64,000 nt of DNA from an uncultured delta proteobacterium (GCA_963847445.1 CAWJZV010000042.1:96001-160000), one strand, 5' to 3'. Numbered from the stretch's first letter, positions 42,030 to 53,380 are shown. Notes: generated by a model from the letters alone, not told the origin. Program-made: numbers and translations.

Positions 42030-43104
42030 TTACGTTTGCCTAGCTTTCCGTGCCGCGGCGATGTCGCCTTCGCTCAGGCGATAGAACCTTACCGGGTTGT
42101 CGCAGAGCATTTTCTTTCTGAATTCATCGGTCAGGTCTTTGCGCGCTTTTAGCGTCGGCAGGTCGCCGCCGAACTGGTCGCGTTCGCGCTCGTGGGGGAA
42201 GTCGGAGGCCCACATGATGACGTCGTCGCGCAGCAGTTTGACGACGTAGGGGGCGGTGCGTTCTTCGACTTCCATGGTGACGAAGATGTTGCCGCTTTCA
42301 AAAAAATGGCTCGGCGGATGCTTCAAGCTGCGGCGCCAGGCGGGCGGCGAATTTTTCGTAGTCCTCTTCCATGCGATCCATCATGAACGGCACCCAGCCG
42401 GCGCCGGCTTCCAAGTAGGCGACGCGCAGCTTGGGAAATTCCTGGAATACGCCTTGAAACATCATGTTGGTGATGTGGAGAAACAGGCCGACGGGATGCT
42501 CCAGCATATGGGCTTCGAGAAAACTGGCGACGCGGTCGAGGCCTAAGTTTTGGCTGACGCCGCCGTGGATCGTCAGCGGCACGTCTAATCTCTGCGCTTC
42601 GTCGTAGATCTCGTGAAACAGCGGCGAACCGTAGAGCGGCGTGCGGTTGTTGGTGGCCGACGGCAACAGGCCGGCGACAAAGCCAAGTTCTTTGACGCAG
42701 CGGCGCAGTTCCAGCGCGGCGGCTTTGGGATCTTGCGGCGCGAGCAGGGCGACGCCTTTCAAGCGCGGCGATTGACTCATGAAGCGATCGTAGAGCCAGT
42801 CGTTGTAGCCCTGCGCCAGCGCGGAAGCCCAGGCGGGCAGTTGGATCATGCCCAACGCCAGCGCCGAAGTCGGGTAGAGCACCGCCATGTCGATGCCATG
42901 CTCGTCTTGAAATTTTATCCAGCGCTCGGCGTCGGGATCTTCGCGCTTGCCTTTGCGCGCCAAGCCGCGCTGCCAGCCGTCGGCGTCGAACATCGGCCAA
43001 GTCGAGTGCCAGTTCATCTCGGCGAAGTTGCCTTTGATGTGGGCGAAGATGTCTTTGTGGTCTTCCATGATGTGGCCGTCGGCGTCGATGATGAATTCTG
43101 CCAT
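42030..43104 (-). CDS. Amidohydrolase_2 family protein; frameshift near 42325; parent of the tail array
   Basis: IDADGH, LTIHG, AYLEAGAGW, WASDFPH. Confidence 0.88.
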
Positions 43105-43159
43105 GTGTCGTTAGTCTCCTAAGGTTTCTGTTATGTCGGTGTAACGCGAAAATCCTGAT

Positions 43160-43246
43160 TCACCACGAAGGCACGAAGGACACGAAGTTCGGAGAAGTTT
43201 TCACTGTCTTTTACTTACCTTCGTGATCTTCGTGCCTTCGTGGTGA
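43160..43246. repeat. CACGAAG / CTTCGTG inverted-repeat family; also near 137-195, 4307-4470, 13755-14068, 48795-48872
   Basis: CACCACGAAGGCACGAAGGACACGAAG..CTTCGTGATCTTCGTGCCTTCGTGGTG. Confidence 0.75.
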
Positions 43247-43277
43247 GATGTCTCCTGTTCCGAATCGTTGGTTGAAC

Positions 43278-44298
43278 TCACTGCATGAAGATCTTCTGAT
43301 ATTCCTTCTTCTTGGTTTCGTAGTCTTCTTTGGTGAACTGGTACATCTGCACGAACTTGATCTTGTCGGCGTCTTGGAGCGGCGGATAGACGCCTTTGCG
43401 GTTGACGAATTCGCCGGTGTCGGCCTGAATTTTCATGCTCTCCTCGTCGAGAAAGAAATCGATAAAGGCTTTGCCGGCGTTGGGGCGCGGCGCTTTGGCG
43501 CCGATGTTGATGTACTGCCCGTCGCCGAGCATGTTGTAGTCGCGCATGTAGTCGAGATTGGCGCCTTGTTTGTTGTAGGTCAAAACGAAGCGCGCGAAGG
43601 TGATGCCGATGGGCGACTTCGCCGCTGCCGACTTTGTCGGCTGCCGGCACGATCGACTCGGCGAAGATCGGTTTGGCGGCGGCCAGATCGCGGATAAATT
43701 TTTCTGACTCGTTGCTTGGGCATGATTTTGTCCAGGCTGCGCGAGCCATTGGGTCGTCAGTGTGTGGTTCGACCGGGTGGGGCATGACCAATTTGCCGCG
43801 ATATTCCGGCTTGACGACGTCTTCGAGGGTCTTCGGCGATATTCGCCGGCCTTGATGCCGGCTTTGTTGAAGATCACGCCGTACAGGACGTTGCGATAGC
43901 GCGCGCCCAGAACAGGATCGATGGCTTCTTTGGCGAAGGCTTTGAGCGAGGGAGATTCGTATTTGCGCAATGACACCCTCGTTGGCCATCAGTCGCATGT
44001 GATCGCCGGTGATGGCGACCACGTCGAAGCCGGGCTTGCCGACGCGATGTTCGCTCAGCACGCGGTCGAGGACTTCGGTGGAGCCGCCGCGCCAGTACTC
44101 CATCTGGATGCCGGTCTTTGTTCTCGAAGGCGGCTTCTTCAGGGCGTCGGCGGTGAAGGTTTCCATGGAGGTGTAAAGAATGACCTTGCCGCCTTCTTTC
44201 TTCGCCGCGGCGATCGGACTGCGCCGATTGACCGAAGGCAGGTTGACTCGTTTGTTAGGACGAAGCAACCGATAATTAGCGCTAAAATCTGTTCGCAT
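43278..44298 (-). CDS. Extracellular solute-binding protein (Fe3+/thiamine-type); many frameshifts
   Basis: AAAKKEGGKVILYTS, PKTLED..YRGKL, APRPNAGKAFIDF. Confidence 0.8.
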
Positions 44299-44493
44299 CG
44301 AAAATTCCTTTCCCATGACAAAATCACTGCTCGACAGGGAGATTTATATGGTACGGGTCGCGGTGGAGTCAAGGTCGGGAAGTGGTTCATGTTTGGCTTC
44401 TGACGACGCGTTGCCGTAGGGGCAGGATCTTGGGTGTCTGCCCGCTCGGACGGGCGACCGCTCAGGGTCGACCCTACAGGAATCGCAACGGAA

Positions 44494-45530
44494 TTATTTG
44501 CCCGCTATGCGTTTGAAGAAGCCTTCGCGTTCGAGTTCGTCGATGATGCTTTCGTCGAGGTAGCGGCTAGATGGTCATGTCGACTTTGACACCGGGGTTG
44601 CGCTGGGCGGTGATTTCCAGAGTGTTGCGCAAGCCTTCGTGGGAGACCCGGGTGGGGAAGGCGAAGCTCTTGCCGAAGTATTGATAGGTTTCTTCGATGG
44701 CTTTGGGGTTTTTGAAGCGAAGCCACTTGGCGAGCACGGCGACGGCTTTCTCCTTGCTGTTCATGAACTGGTAGACGCCTTCGGCGTAGGCCTGTTGAAA
44801 ACGCTTGACGGTGTCGCGATTTTTTTCGACCCAGCTGCGGCGCGCGACCATGACGTTCATCGGAAACGACGAGCCTTTGACATCGCTCATCTTGGCGAAT
44901 TCATGCATGCCGTGGCGGAACGCTTCGTTGATGTCAGGGTAGGAGAGCATGGTGCCGTCGATCGCTTTGGCGGTGAGCGAAATGATCCGCGAGGCCGAAT
45001 CGCCGGCGGGGAAGATGGTCACCGCCTGGCGCGGGATGTTCCAGGCTCGTCAGCGCCAGAAATGTCGCTGTCTCGGTGGCGCCGCCGACGGCGAGGACGC
45101 CGATCTTCTTGCCGACTAAGTCCTCCGGTTTACGGATCTCTTTCTGGGTGATGAAACTATAGGGAAACTGAATTGAGCGTGCCCGAGATCATTACCAGAT
45201 CGGCGCCTTGATTGATCGCATTGACCGCCGTGGCGGCGTCGACCTGGGCGAGCTGAATGCTGTTGCCTAATAGGGCCTGAAGCTGGCGCACCGAGCCGGA
45301 GAGAAAAACCAGATCGCCGTTGAAGCCATATTTTGTAAACAAGCCGAAGTCTTTCGGCGCCCAGACCGGCGCTTGAAAGCCGGCAAAGCCGGCGTAGGCT
45401 ACCAGATGAGTTTCTTGGGCGCGGGCGGAAAACGGCAAGAGCAGGACAAGTAAATAACCACGGTCAACAGTTTGCTTCCAGGTCGATGTACCTGCGCTCC
45501 AATCTCGCTGAGATGGTTTCGACTCAGATG
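44494..45530 (-). CDS. ABC SBP, NMT1/SsuA-like; many frameshifts, start approximate
   Basis: APVWAPKDFGLFTKYG, GADLVMI, C-terminal IIDELEREGFFKRIAGK*. Confidence 0.78.
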
Positions 45531-45535
45531 CAGTT

Positions 45536-46279
45536 CTACGTCCAGCCGCGCGTCCAACGCTCGCCCTTCTTGATCTTGTCGGCGAAATAGTTCCACTCGG
45601 CCGAGTGATACATCTCGTCGCGCGGCCGGCGAAAAAGTTTTTCTCTGCTGCCGGTGAGAGTTTGAATCGACTCCTGGGTTGGCCCTTGATAGCCATGCAG
45701 GCCAGCGATGGCGACGATTTTCGCTGTGCGCTCCATATAGAGTGCGTTGATGCAGGCCTCGTCGATACTTTCGCCCACGGTCACGATGCCGTGGCCGTTG
45801 ATCATCATGCGCTGAAGCGTTCCCCAAACTCTTAGCGAGTTCCGCGCCTTCGGATTCATCGAGAATGTAAATCGGCCGCGGAAAGATCGGCGTGCCGCCT
45901 TTGAAGCGCGAGGATTGCATGTGGACCCAGTCGATGGGTTTTCCGCCAAGCTCAAGGCGACGCACATGGACGCGTGGCAATGGACCGCGGCGTTGACATC
46001 GGGCCGCGCCTTGAAAATCTCGCTGTAGATGACCGCTTCGCGCGGGATCGTGCCGACACCGCGCAGTTTCTTGAGAGAATAGTCAAAGTGAACTAACCAG
46101 TCCTTTTTCACGCCCTCGGCGCGGCGAAACATCTGCACAGCGATGCCCTTGTCGTCTGGCAGACGGACGCCGACATGGCCCCAAATGTCGCCGATCTCCC
46201 ATTCCAAGATCTTCGCGGCGATGCGCAATTCTTCTTCGGCGGTTTTGATCACGGCGCGAGTCGGTGTTTTCTGTTTCAT
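45536..46279 (-). CDS. Class II aldolase/adducin family protein; internal indels
   Basis: WGHVGVR, FKARPDVNAAVHCH, NGHGIVTVG. Confidence 0.82.
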   Translation of the reverse strand: MKQKTPTRAVIKTAEEELRIAAKILEWEIGDIWGHVGVRLPDDKGIAVQMFRRAEGVKKDWLVHFDYSLKKLRGVGTIPREAVIYSEIFKARPDVNAAVHCHASMCVALSLAENPSTGSTCNPRASKAARRSFRGRFTFSMNPKARNSLRVWGTLQRMMINGHGIVTVGESIDEACINALYMERTAKIVAIAGLHGYQGPTQESIQTLTGSREKLFRRPRDEMYHSAEWNYFADKIKKGERWTRGWT

Positions 46280-46311
46280 TGAATATTCCTAGCTGTCGAT
46301 TGAGTTGGCGA

Positions 46312-47596
46312 TCACGACGCGGCTTTCTTGCGCGCGGCGTAGGACATCGGGTTTTCTTTTTGCGCGGTTCCGGTCAAAAACTCAAACTTCTTTTGCCAAG
46401 GCAGATTGCGCGGCACCAAGTGGGCGAAGCAGTCGATATGCGGGAACCAATTCCTTTGCGCGTCATATACTAAATGCGGCGGCTCTTTGCCGGTCTGAAG
46501 CTCCTTGGCGGTGGTGAGCAGGAATCTGCGCACGGCGATGACCGCCTTGTCGCTGACGCCGAGATGTTCTTTGGTGCGGTCGAAAATTGCGCCCATGCTC
46601 TCGGTGGCGCAGCCATCGTGATTTAAAAAATCGTCGATGCCGGTAAAGCTCAAGGTTTTCTGCTTGTGCCGGTCTTGCAAATAATTGTTTCGCGCGTTGC
46701 GCACTTTCGTGTAATCCGGGATTGATCTGTTTGCGCCGGTGCACTTCGTCGTCGCGCACCGCACGGCCGCGATGAAAGCCGATATCGTAGCGCCAGCAGT
46801 GGGTATCGTCGGCCGGCACATAGGTGTGAATCTCGTAACCTTCGAGCTCGTTGGTCTTGCGGCCGGCCGGGACGCAGCCGTAGACCGGCATGACGAATGC
46901 CGAGAAGCGGACGTAGTGCTGCTCCTCGAAATTGCGCGTGGCGATCAAGCGCACGCCAAAGTCGGTGTCTTCGGTATCATAGACCGGCGCGGGATCGCCT
47001 TTGTAGACCGGCTGGTTGCTCTCGTTGGTAAAGCTGCGGTGTAGAAACGACAGATGCGACGAATCGCATTCGCCTTCGAGACCCTGGAGATAGTTGCATT
47101 CCAACAAACATTTGGTCACGTAGGAATATTCCAGCGGCACCTGGGTCCATTCGTAATTGGGAAACAACGGCAGCTTTTCGCGCGGGCCGAGATAGGCGTA
47201 GATGACGCCGTTGGCTTCGTGGGTCGGATAGGCGGTGTGATGGAGCTTCTTGGCGAAATCGCTGCCGCCGGGCTCGGCGGGAGTTTCCAAAACGTTACCG
47301 TTCACGTCGTACTTCCAGCCGTGATAAACACAGCGCAGGCCGCACTCTTCGTTGCGGCCAAAAAATAGCGAAGTGCCGCGGTGGGCGCAGTGCTCGCCGA
47401 TCAGGCCGATGCGGCCCTGGCTGTCGCGGAAGGCGACCAGCTCCTCGCCCATTAATTTTACTCGCACCGGCGGGCAGTCGTTTTGCGGAATCTCTTCGGA
47501 CAACAGGGCGGGCACCCAATAGCGCCGGATCAGATTGCCCATCGGCGTGCCGGGGTTGGTTTGGGTGATTAAATCATTATCCTCTCGGGATAGCAT
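46312..47596 (-). CDS. Rieske oxygenase, phthalate 4,5-dioxygenase/LigXa-like; frameshift near 46720
   Basis: GTPMG..RRYW, CAHRG..CVYHGWKYD, NYLQGLEGECDSSHLSFLH, EHLGVSD. Confidence 0.9.
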
Positions 47597-47741
47597 TCTT
47601 AGCTCCTCAGATATTCGTTCAAGGGTTCAAGGTTCAAAAGTTCAATCGACGGATGTTCAAATGGTTCCAGCATGTTCCAAAGGTTCCAATGTCAGCTGTC
47701 CAATGGTCCGAGATTCGCGCAACGATTCCTGCTGATTTCCA

Positions 47742-48716
47742 TTACGTGTCGAGTGTGCCGGCGGCGAAGATGTCGGCGTAGGTTGGGGCTTTGCGGATCA
47801 TGCCTTGCTCGACGTTGTATTTGATAAAGGCGTCGATGGTCGTCTGGTTGGCTTTGATGCCGTGCTTCCACGGGTCGCCCCACTTGGCCATTTGCTCTTT
47901 GAGTTGTTCGCGCAGGTAGACGACCGAAAAGCCGCCGCGGTCGCTCAAGATATCGTCGTAGGCCAAGGCCTTGGCCTTTTCAAAAGCGGCGTAGAATTTG
48001 GCTGCAAGCTCCGGGCGCTCGCGGTCGAGTGTGCGGCTCATGACGATCATATGCACCGGGGTGTAAATGCCGGTGTCGTTGTAGAGGTCGAGATCTTCCT
48101 GGACGTAGTCGGGAAAGAGCCGCTTGATCTTTGGATGGTTTTCCAGATTCTCGAACATCTTGGTGTCGGAAATGTCGGTGATCAGCGCGTCGAGCTCGCC
48201 GGCGATCAACCGCTGCGCCATGTTCTTGGTTTCGTCGACATAGTCAATCTTGACCTCGTTGTCGTGCACCGGAAAAACTTCTTTGGCTTGCAGCACCCAC
48301 TGGACGTTGGAGAAGTCGACGCCGTGACGTTCCTTGAGCAAACCGCGCGTCCAGACGGTCAGCGCGGTGCGATAGGTGCGCGAGCCGATGCGTTTGCCGG
48401 CAAGATCTTTGGGCGTGCGGATGGCGGCATCGGCGTGACAGAAGATCAGCTGATAGGCCGGCTTGCGCTTGGAGAAAACCGGTAAGCCGATTATTTCCCA
48501 GCCCGCTTCGATGGCCGGCAGGAAGTAGCCGATGTTCAAATCCATCAGGCCGAAGTCGCCGGCTTTGAGCTTGGGATCTTCTTTGTTGATCATCGACGAG
48601 GATTTGACCGGGTTGAGCGTGACGCCGTCGATGGGAACGCGGCCTTCGAGCAGCGGCAGGGTGATGTCGTAGCGCATTACGGGGAAGTCGATTGTGATAG
48701 GTGAATAGGTGGTCAT
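47742..48716 (-). CDS. 4,5-dihydroxyphthalate decarboxylase-like protein (SBP fold)
   Basis: YDITLPLLEGRV, LPVF, TALTVWTRGLL, GELDA, RLFPD, TGIYTPVH, GDPW. Confidence 0.75.
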   Translation of the reverse strand: MTTYSPITIDFPVMRYDITLPLLEGRVPIDGVTLNPVKSSSMINKEDPKLKAGDFGLMDLNIGYFLPAIEAGWEIIGLPVFSKRKPAYQLIFCHADAAIRTPKDLAGKRIGSRTYRTALTVWTRGLLKERHGVDFSNVQWVLQAKEVFPVHDNEVKIDYVDETKNMAQRLIAGELDALITDISDTKMFENLENHPKIKRLFPDYVQEDLDLYNDTGIYTPVHMIVMSRTLDRERPELAAKFYAAFEKAKALAYDDILSDRGGFSVVYLREQLKEQMAKWGDPWKHGIKANQTTIDAFIKYNVEQGMIRKAPTYADIFAAGTLDT

Positions 48717-48912
48717 GACGAATTCATCCATGGCTCGAAGGTTGCGGTCTGTCAAGGGCTCGTGGGCGCGCTGCGCTCTATGCGAATATCCTATGCACCA
48801 CGAAGGCACGAAGCACGAAGGGTTCGGAAGGCTAAGTCTCCGAACTTCGTGCTCTTCGTGCCTTCGTGGTGAAAAATCTTTCCCAATCGGTTGCGGCTGT
48901 GCCGCGCTGAGA

Positions 48913-50055
48913 TCACTGTCGTGGCGCGAGGGTTTCGAGCTTCGCTCTCAAGAGCTCCGGCTGGCCATGCTGCTTCGAGAACAACCGGTTTAGTTCCGTG
49001 GCATTGACTTCGGCCAAGGTGGGCGGATTCCAGCGCGGTTGTTGATCTTTGTCGATCAAGCGCGCGCGCACGCCTTCGCGGAAGTCCGAGCTAGCGCAGA
49101 AATTGAGCGCCATGTCCCATTCACGCAGGAAGACATCTTTCAATGGCAATCCTCGGCCGCCGGTGATCTGTTCGAAGATTGCCCATGCTGAGGTCGGCGA
49201 GCCGGCGCGATAGCCGTGAATCGCCGCGCTCATCCATTCGTCGTCGCCCTGCCACAGGCGCATGGCGGCGTCGACGGCTGCGATGTCCGGCTGCAGGGTA
49301 ATTTCCTTGATGACGGAATGGCGCTTCATGACCTCGGATTGGTCTGGCTCGACAGTGTCCGCGAACTGCCGCAAATAGTCGCGCAATATTTCGCGGTCCT
49401 TGGCCATCTCCCGCGTCCATGGCAAATGAACTAGGCCGTCGAGAACTGCGCGCTTGCGCTCGGCGCGGATGAGCAGGTCGGCCATGCCGATGCTGACGGC
49501 GTCGGCGCCGTTGAAGCGCGCCGAGGTGAGCCCCAAGAACATGCCCACTCCCTCCGGCATGCGATTCAAAAAATAACTGCCACCGACATCGGGAAACAGG
49601 CCGATGGCGATCTCCGGCATCGCCATATGGGTGCGCTCGGTGACGACGCGGCAAGTGGCGCCGTTCATGATGCCGATACCGCCGCCCATGGTGATGCCAT
49701 CGGCCCAACAGAGCAGCGGTTTCGGGTAGCTGTGGATTAGATAATCGACGAAATACTCATGGGAGAAAAAATCGGTGCCGATTCGGATATCCGCACTGGC
49801 GTTCAGTTGCGTCACCAATGCCTTGACATCGCCGCCGGCGCAAAAGGCTTTTTCCGAATCTGCGTGCAGCACGACACAGACGATATCGGCGCGTTCGCGC
49901 CATTCCAGGAGTTTGCGCTCCAGTACCTGGAACATCTCCAAGGTCAGGGCATTGAGCGCCCTCGGGTTATTCGGCGCTAGCAATCCAATGGCGCCGGTAG
50001 CGGTTTGCTGCTCAGTGATCGATACGGCGGCGATCTGCGGGGTATGCTCGGTCAT
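48913..50055 (-). CDS. 3-hydroxyisobutyryl-CoA hydrolase-like (crotonase family)
   Basis: [50 protein letters not shown]. Confidence 0.9.
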   Translation of the reverse strand: MTEHTPQIAAVSITEQQTATGAIGLLAPNNPRALNALTLEMFQVLERKLLEWRERADIVCVVLHADSEKAFCAGGDVKALVTQLNASADIRIGTDFFSHEYFVDYLIHSYPKPLLCWADGITMGGGIGIMNGATCRVVTERTHMAMPEIAIGLFPDVGGSYFLNRMPEGVGMFLGLTSARFNGADAVSIGMADLLIRAERKRAVLDGLVHLPWTREMAKDREILRDYLRQFADTVEPDQSEVMKRHSVIKEITLQPDIAAVDAAMRLWQGDDEWMSAAIHGYRAGSPTSAWAIFEQITGGRGLPLKDVFLREWDMALNFCASSDFREGVRARLIDKDQQPRWNPPTLAEVNATELNRLFSKQHGQPELLRAKLETLAPRQ

Positions 50056-50209
50056 GGCGGTTACTCTCAAAGTCAGGTGGAACAAAATTGTTAGACAATG
50101 CCCAGGGCTTCATCTTTTGTGTCCGGTCGGCACCTGGGCGGTTTTGACACGCTATCGTAATTCGGTGACAATTCAACCACTTGCCTTAGCCACACGCCGC
50201 TCAACAAGC

Positions 50210-50225
50210 TGGCATATTGATTGCT
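50210..50225 (+). promoter_or_regulatory. Sigma54 -24/-12 promoter
   Basis: TGGCAT-ATTGA-TTGCT, 44 nt upstream of ATG 50270. Confidence 0.7.
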
Positions 50226-50269
50226 GTACAGAGCAATCGAGCCGTAATTCTAGGACAGAGAGGGACAAC

Positions 50270-50512
50270 ATGGAAGCTATGGAATTGGAAGCTGTGGAAG
50301 TTTTGGAACCTGTCGTCACCAACGAAGTAAGCGCAGTCTATGACATTCACTACGAAAACGCGACTTTCCAGGCGGCGGTGTGCCACCGTTGCGGCGCCAA
50401 GATGTTCCCAGTGGAGCTGCTCGAAGCGCATATGGATCGCCACCAACTTAAAGATATGTTCCTCGAGAGCGAGCTCAAGAAGCTCCAGTACGCAATGAAT
50501 CGAATGCGATAG
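50270..50512 (+). CDS. Small protein with C2H2-type zinc finger
   Basis: 80 aa; CHRC-x12-H-x3-H; GAGGG RBS. Confidence 0.75.
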   Translation: MEAMELEAVEVLEPVVTNEVSAVYDIHYENATFQAAVCHRCGAKMFPVELLEAHMDRHQLKDMFLESELKKLQYAMNRMR

Positions 50513-50602
50513 GCTGACGATTTCGCCGGCTCCGGCCGGCAACCTGTGTTCCCAGGCGCAGGCGTGGATTCCTCCTCGGTTCACGCTTGCGGTATCATCC
50601 CC

Positions 50603-50634
50603 AGGGTGTCCCCGATAAGGGGACACCCTTCCCT
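50603..50634 (+). terminator. Strong hairpin, probable terminator
   Basis: AGGGTGTCCCC-GATAA-GGGGACACCCT; weak U-tail. Confidence 0.55.
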
Positions 50635-50789
50635 TAAAAAATCTCCCATATTTCAAGTTCTTTGCGATTGCGCCACTGCGTTGGCTGATTTGCCATCGGT
50701 ATGGCGATGCGTGTGACGGCGTCTGTGGCCCGTCAAATTGACTTCAAAGTTTCGCCTTGTTAACCAATGATGTCCTGGGAGAATCACTA

Positions 50790-51828
50790 TTGAAAGCCGT
50801 TCGCATGCATGGTTACGGCGGCGCGGAGCAACTGTTTTACGAAAGCTGCGAGCCGCCGAAGCTAACCGAACCCAACGAAGTCATCGTTAAGCTCAAGGCC
50901 GCTGCGCTCAATCACATAGATATCTGGAACCGCATGGGCGCGACGGGGATCGACGTCGCGATGCCGCATATTCTCGGCGCCGACGGCGCCGGCGTAGTGG
51001 TCGAGACCGGCGCTAAGGTTGAGAACGTCCATGTCGGCGACGCGGTCTGTCTCTATCCGCCGACCGGCTGCGGCCAGTGCGAATTTTGCCGCACCGAGCG
51101 GGATTTTATGTGTATCCGGCTGCGCGTGCTCGGCGAGCGGCTCGAGGGCACCTACGCCCAATATGTGAAGCTGCCGGGGCAAAACTGTTTTCCGATCCCC
51201 AACGGTTATTCATTCCACGAAGCCGCGGCGTTTCCGCTGGTGTTCATCACGTTGTGGCGCATGGCGATTACCAACGCGGCGCTTCAACCGGGCGAGACCA
51301 TGCTGATTATCGGCATCGGCGGTGGTGTGGCGAGCGCAACTCTGCAAGTGGCCAAACAGATCGGCGCCCGGGTGATCGTCACCTCAAGCAGCGATGCCAA
51401 GCTCGAGCGCGCCAAGAGTCTCGGCGCCGATCACGGCGTCAATCATCACCGAGAGAGTTTTGTCACGGCGGTGCAGTCGCTGACCGATCGGCGCGGCGTC
51501 GATGTCGTGCTCGATTGCGTCGGCGGTGCAAGTGTGGCGGCAGAGTCTGGCTTCGCTGGCGCGCGGCGGCAGGTTGGTCACCTGCGGCGCCACGGCGGGC
51601 GGCCAGCCGCAAGACGACATCGCGGCGATCGTTGCCAAGCAGTTGAAGATTTACGGCTCGACGCTGGGCAGCCGCCGGGAATTTTTTCAGCTCATCAGTT
51701 TTCTCAATGCGACTAAGATCAAACCGATTATTGACAGCGTATTCCCGCTCCGTGAGGCGGCCAACGCGCAGCGCTATCTCGAAGCAGCGAAGCAGTTCGG
51801 TAAGGTGGTGTTGGAGATGCCGGACTGA
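50790..51828 (+). CDS. Zinc-binding MDR dehydrogenase; frameshift near 51530
   Basis: ALNHIDIW, PHILGADGAG, CGQCEFC, GIGGGVA, GGRLVTCG, QFGKVVL. Confidence 0.88.
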
Positions 51829-51909
51829 GAATTGGCGCGGCGCGGCGCAGCGATTGTTCCTCTGATTCTAATCGATTGGCGGCGCCGTGGATTGGCGCCG
51901 ATCCGCGTC

Positions 51910-52221
51910 TCAATCAGTCTCGCCGTCAAAGCGATTGCGGTAGCGCCGGTAGTCTTCGCGCTGGCGCATGACCTCCGCTTTTCCCAACGGGTCGTAATTA
52001 CAGGGTCCGTAGAAGTCGATGATATCGCCCTCGCTGGGATCTTTCAGCTGGGGACGGTCAAAATGAAGGGTATTTTCACGGATCGCCGGGAACTTGAGAT
52101 GGCAAGATTGTCCCGAAGCATCGGGGCTGCGCGAGATGACGCCGTCGGCAGCCCAGAGCACCGAACTGGATAGCAGCAGTGTGCCAGCGAGAAATTGAAT
52201 GGATCGAATTCGACTGTTCAT
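51910..52221 (-). CDS. Small secreted hypothetical protein with two Cys
   Basis: Signal peptide; CHLKFPAI..IDFYGPCNYDP; AAGGAG RBS. Confidence 0.7.
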   Translation of the reverse strand: MNSRIRSIQFLAGTLLLSSSVLWAADGVISRSPDASGQSCHLKFPAIRENTLHFDRPQLKDPSEGDIIDFYGPCNYDPLGKAEVMRQREDYRRYRNRFDGETD

Positions 52222-52317
52222 AAACCGCTCCTTTCAGACAGCGAAACAATTGATCGCGATGTCAGTTATCCTACATCAGGACTTGCCCAGGTGATAGACC
52301 CCCCGGTGCGCTTACGA

Positions 52318-53280
52318 TCACTGCGCAAACAAGCCGCGGCGTTTGAGCGCTTCGGCGCAAGCTTCGAGAGTGCGTAGTTGGTCGTTGGCGGCGAAGCGCA
52401 AGACCACAGTGCGGGCGCCGGCCTCGACATATTTCTCGGTCCAATCGATCACTTCATCCCAGGAGCCGGTGACGCAGAGCATGGCATTGGCCACCGCTTC
52501 ATAGGAGCGATTATAGTACTGCGCCAAGAACTGTTGCCCCTCTACCACCGCGTCCTTGCCGCCTGCCGCCAGGGTGAAATAAATTCCCGGATGGATCGAC
52601 TCGGGCTTGCGCCCGGCGGCTGCGGCGTATTCTTGAATCTTTTGCCAACACTCGCCAAAGAGTTCGGGGCTTTTGATGTTGTTGAGCCAGCCGTCGGCGA
52701 GCCGGGCGACGCGCTTCAGGCCGGGCTCTACGGCGTTCGACGCCAGCCAGATCGGCACCCCGCCAGGTTGGCTCGGTTTCGGTTCGAGGGTCACGTGATC
52801 GAAATGGCTGAACTTGCCGGCATGGGTGACGTCGTTTTCGCGCCAGAGCCGACGCATGACTTGGACCAGCTCTTCGCTCATCTTCATGCGCGCGCTGGGA
52901 TCGAGGCCGAGGATTTCAAATTCATGTTCCGCCGCCGGGTCCTTGGGCCGGCCGTAGCCGACGCCGAGATCGACCCGTCCGCCGGTCATCCAGTCGAGGC
53001 TGGCGAGCTGGTAAGCGAGCAGGATCGGATTGCGCAGCGCGGCGAGAAATATCGCCGTGCCCAAACGGACCCGCTGCGTGCGCGCGCCGATGGCGGCCAA
53101 GGTCGTCAGCGCATCGATGCGCGGCCGCGCCGTCAAACTATCGCCGACCCACACCGAGTGAAAGCCCAATGCCTCGGCGCGTTCGGCAATTTGAAACAGA
53201 GCCGACGGATCGGCGCGTCCGGACATGATCGCTTCGCGGGTGGGTAATAACACACCAAAGTTGATTTTTGCGTTCTGCAT
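52318..53280 (-). CDS. LLM-class flavin-dependent oxidoreductase
   Basis: AEALGFHSVWVGDS, RLGTA, GGRVDLGVG, PIWL, ADGW. Confidence 0.9.
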   Translation of the reverse strand: MQNAKINFGVLLPTREAIMSGRADPSALFQIAERAEALGFHSVWVGDSLTARPRIDALTTLAAIGARTQRVRLGTAIFLAALRNPILLAYQLASLDWMTGGRVDLGVGYGRPKDPAAEHEFEILGLDPSARMKMSEELVQVMRRLWRENDVTHAGKFSHFDHVTLEPKPSQPGGVPIWLASNAVEPGLKRVARLADGWLNNIKSPELFGECWQKIQEYAAAAGRKPESIHPGIYFTLAAGGKDAVVEGQQFLAQYYNRSYEAVANAMLCVTGSWDEVIDWTEKYVEAGARTVVLRFAANDQLRTLEACAEALKRRGLFAQ

Positions 53281-53380
53281 TGGATCGCTCGCTGTATTTC
53301 CCTTTAAGTTTATTGAACTCGTAAAGGGTGAAGGGCAAGGCGTCAGGATCGGAAACGCCTAACCCTTTACCCCTCACGCC

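Noticed and set aside
37736-42330. Prophage, ICE or DGR explanation for the tail repeats
   Set aside because: No integrase, phage, conjugation or reverse transcriptase genes; differences include indels and are not adenine-specific.
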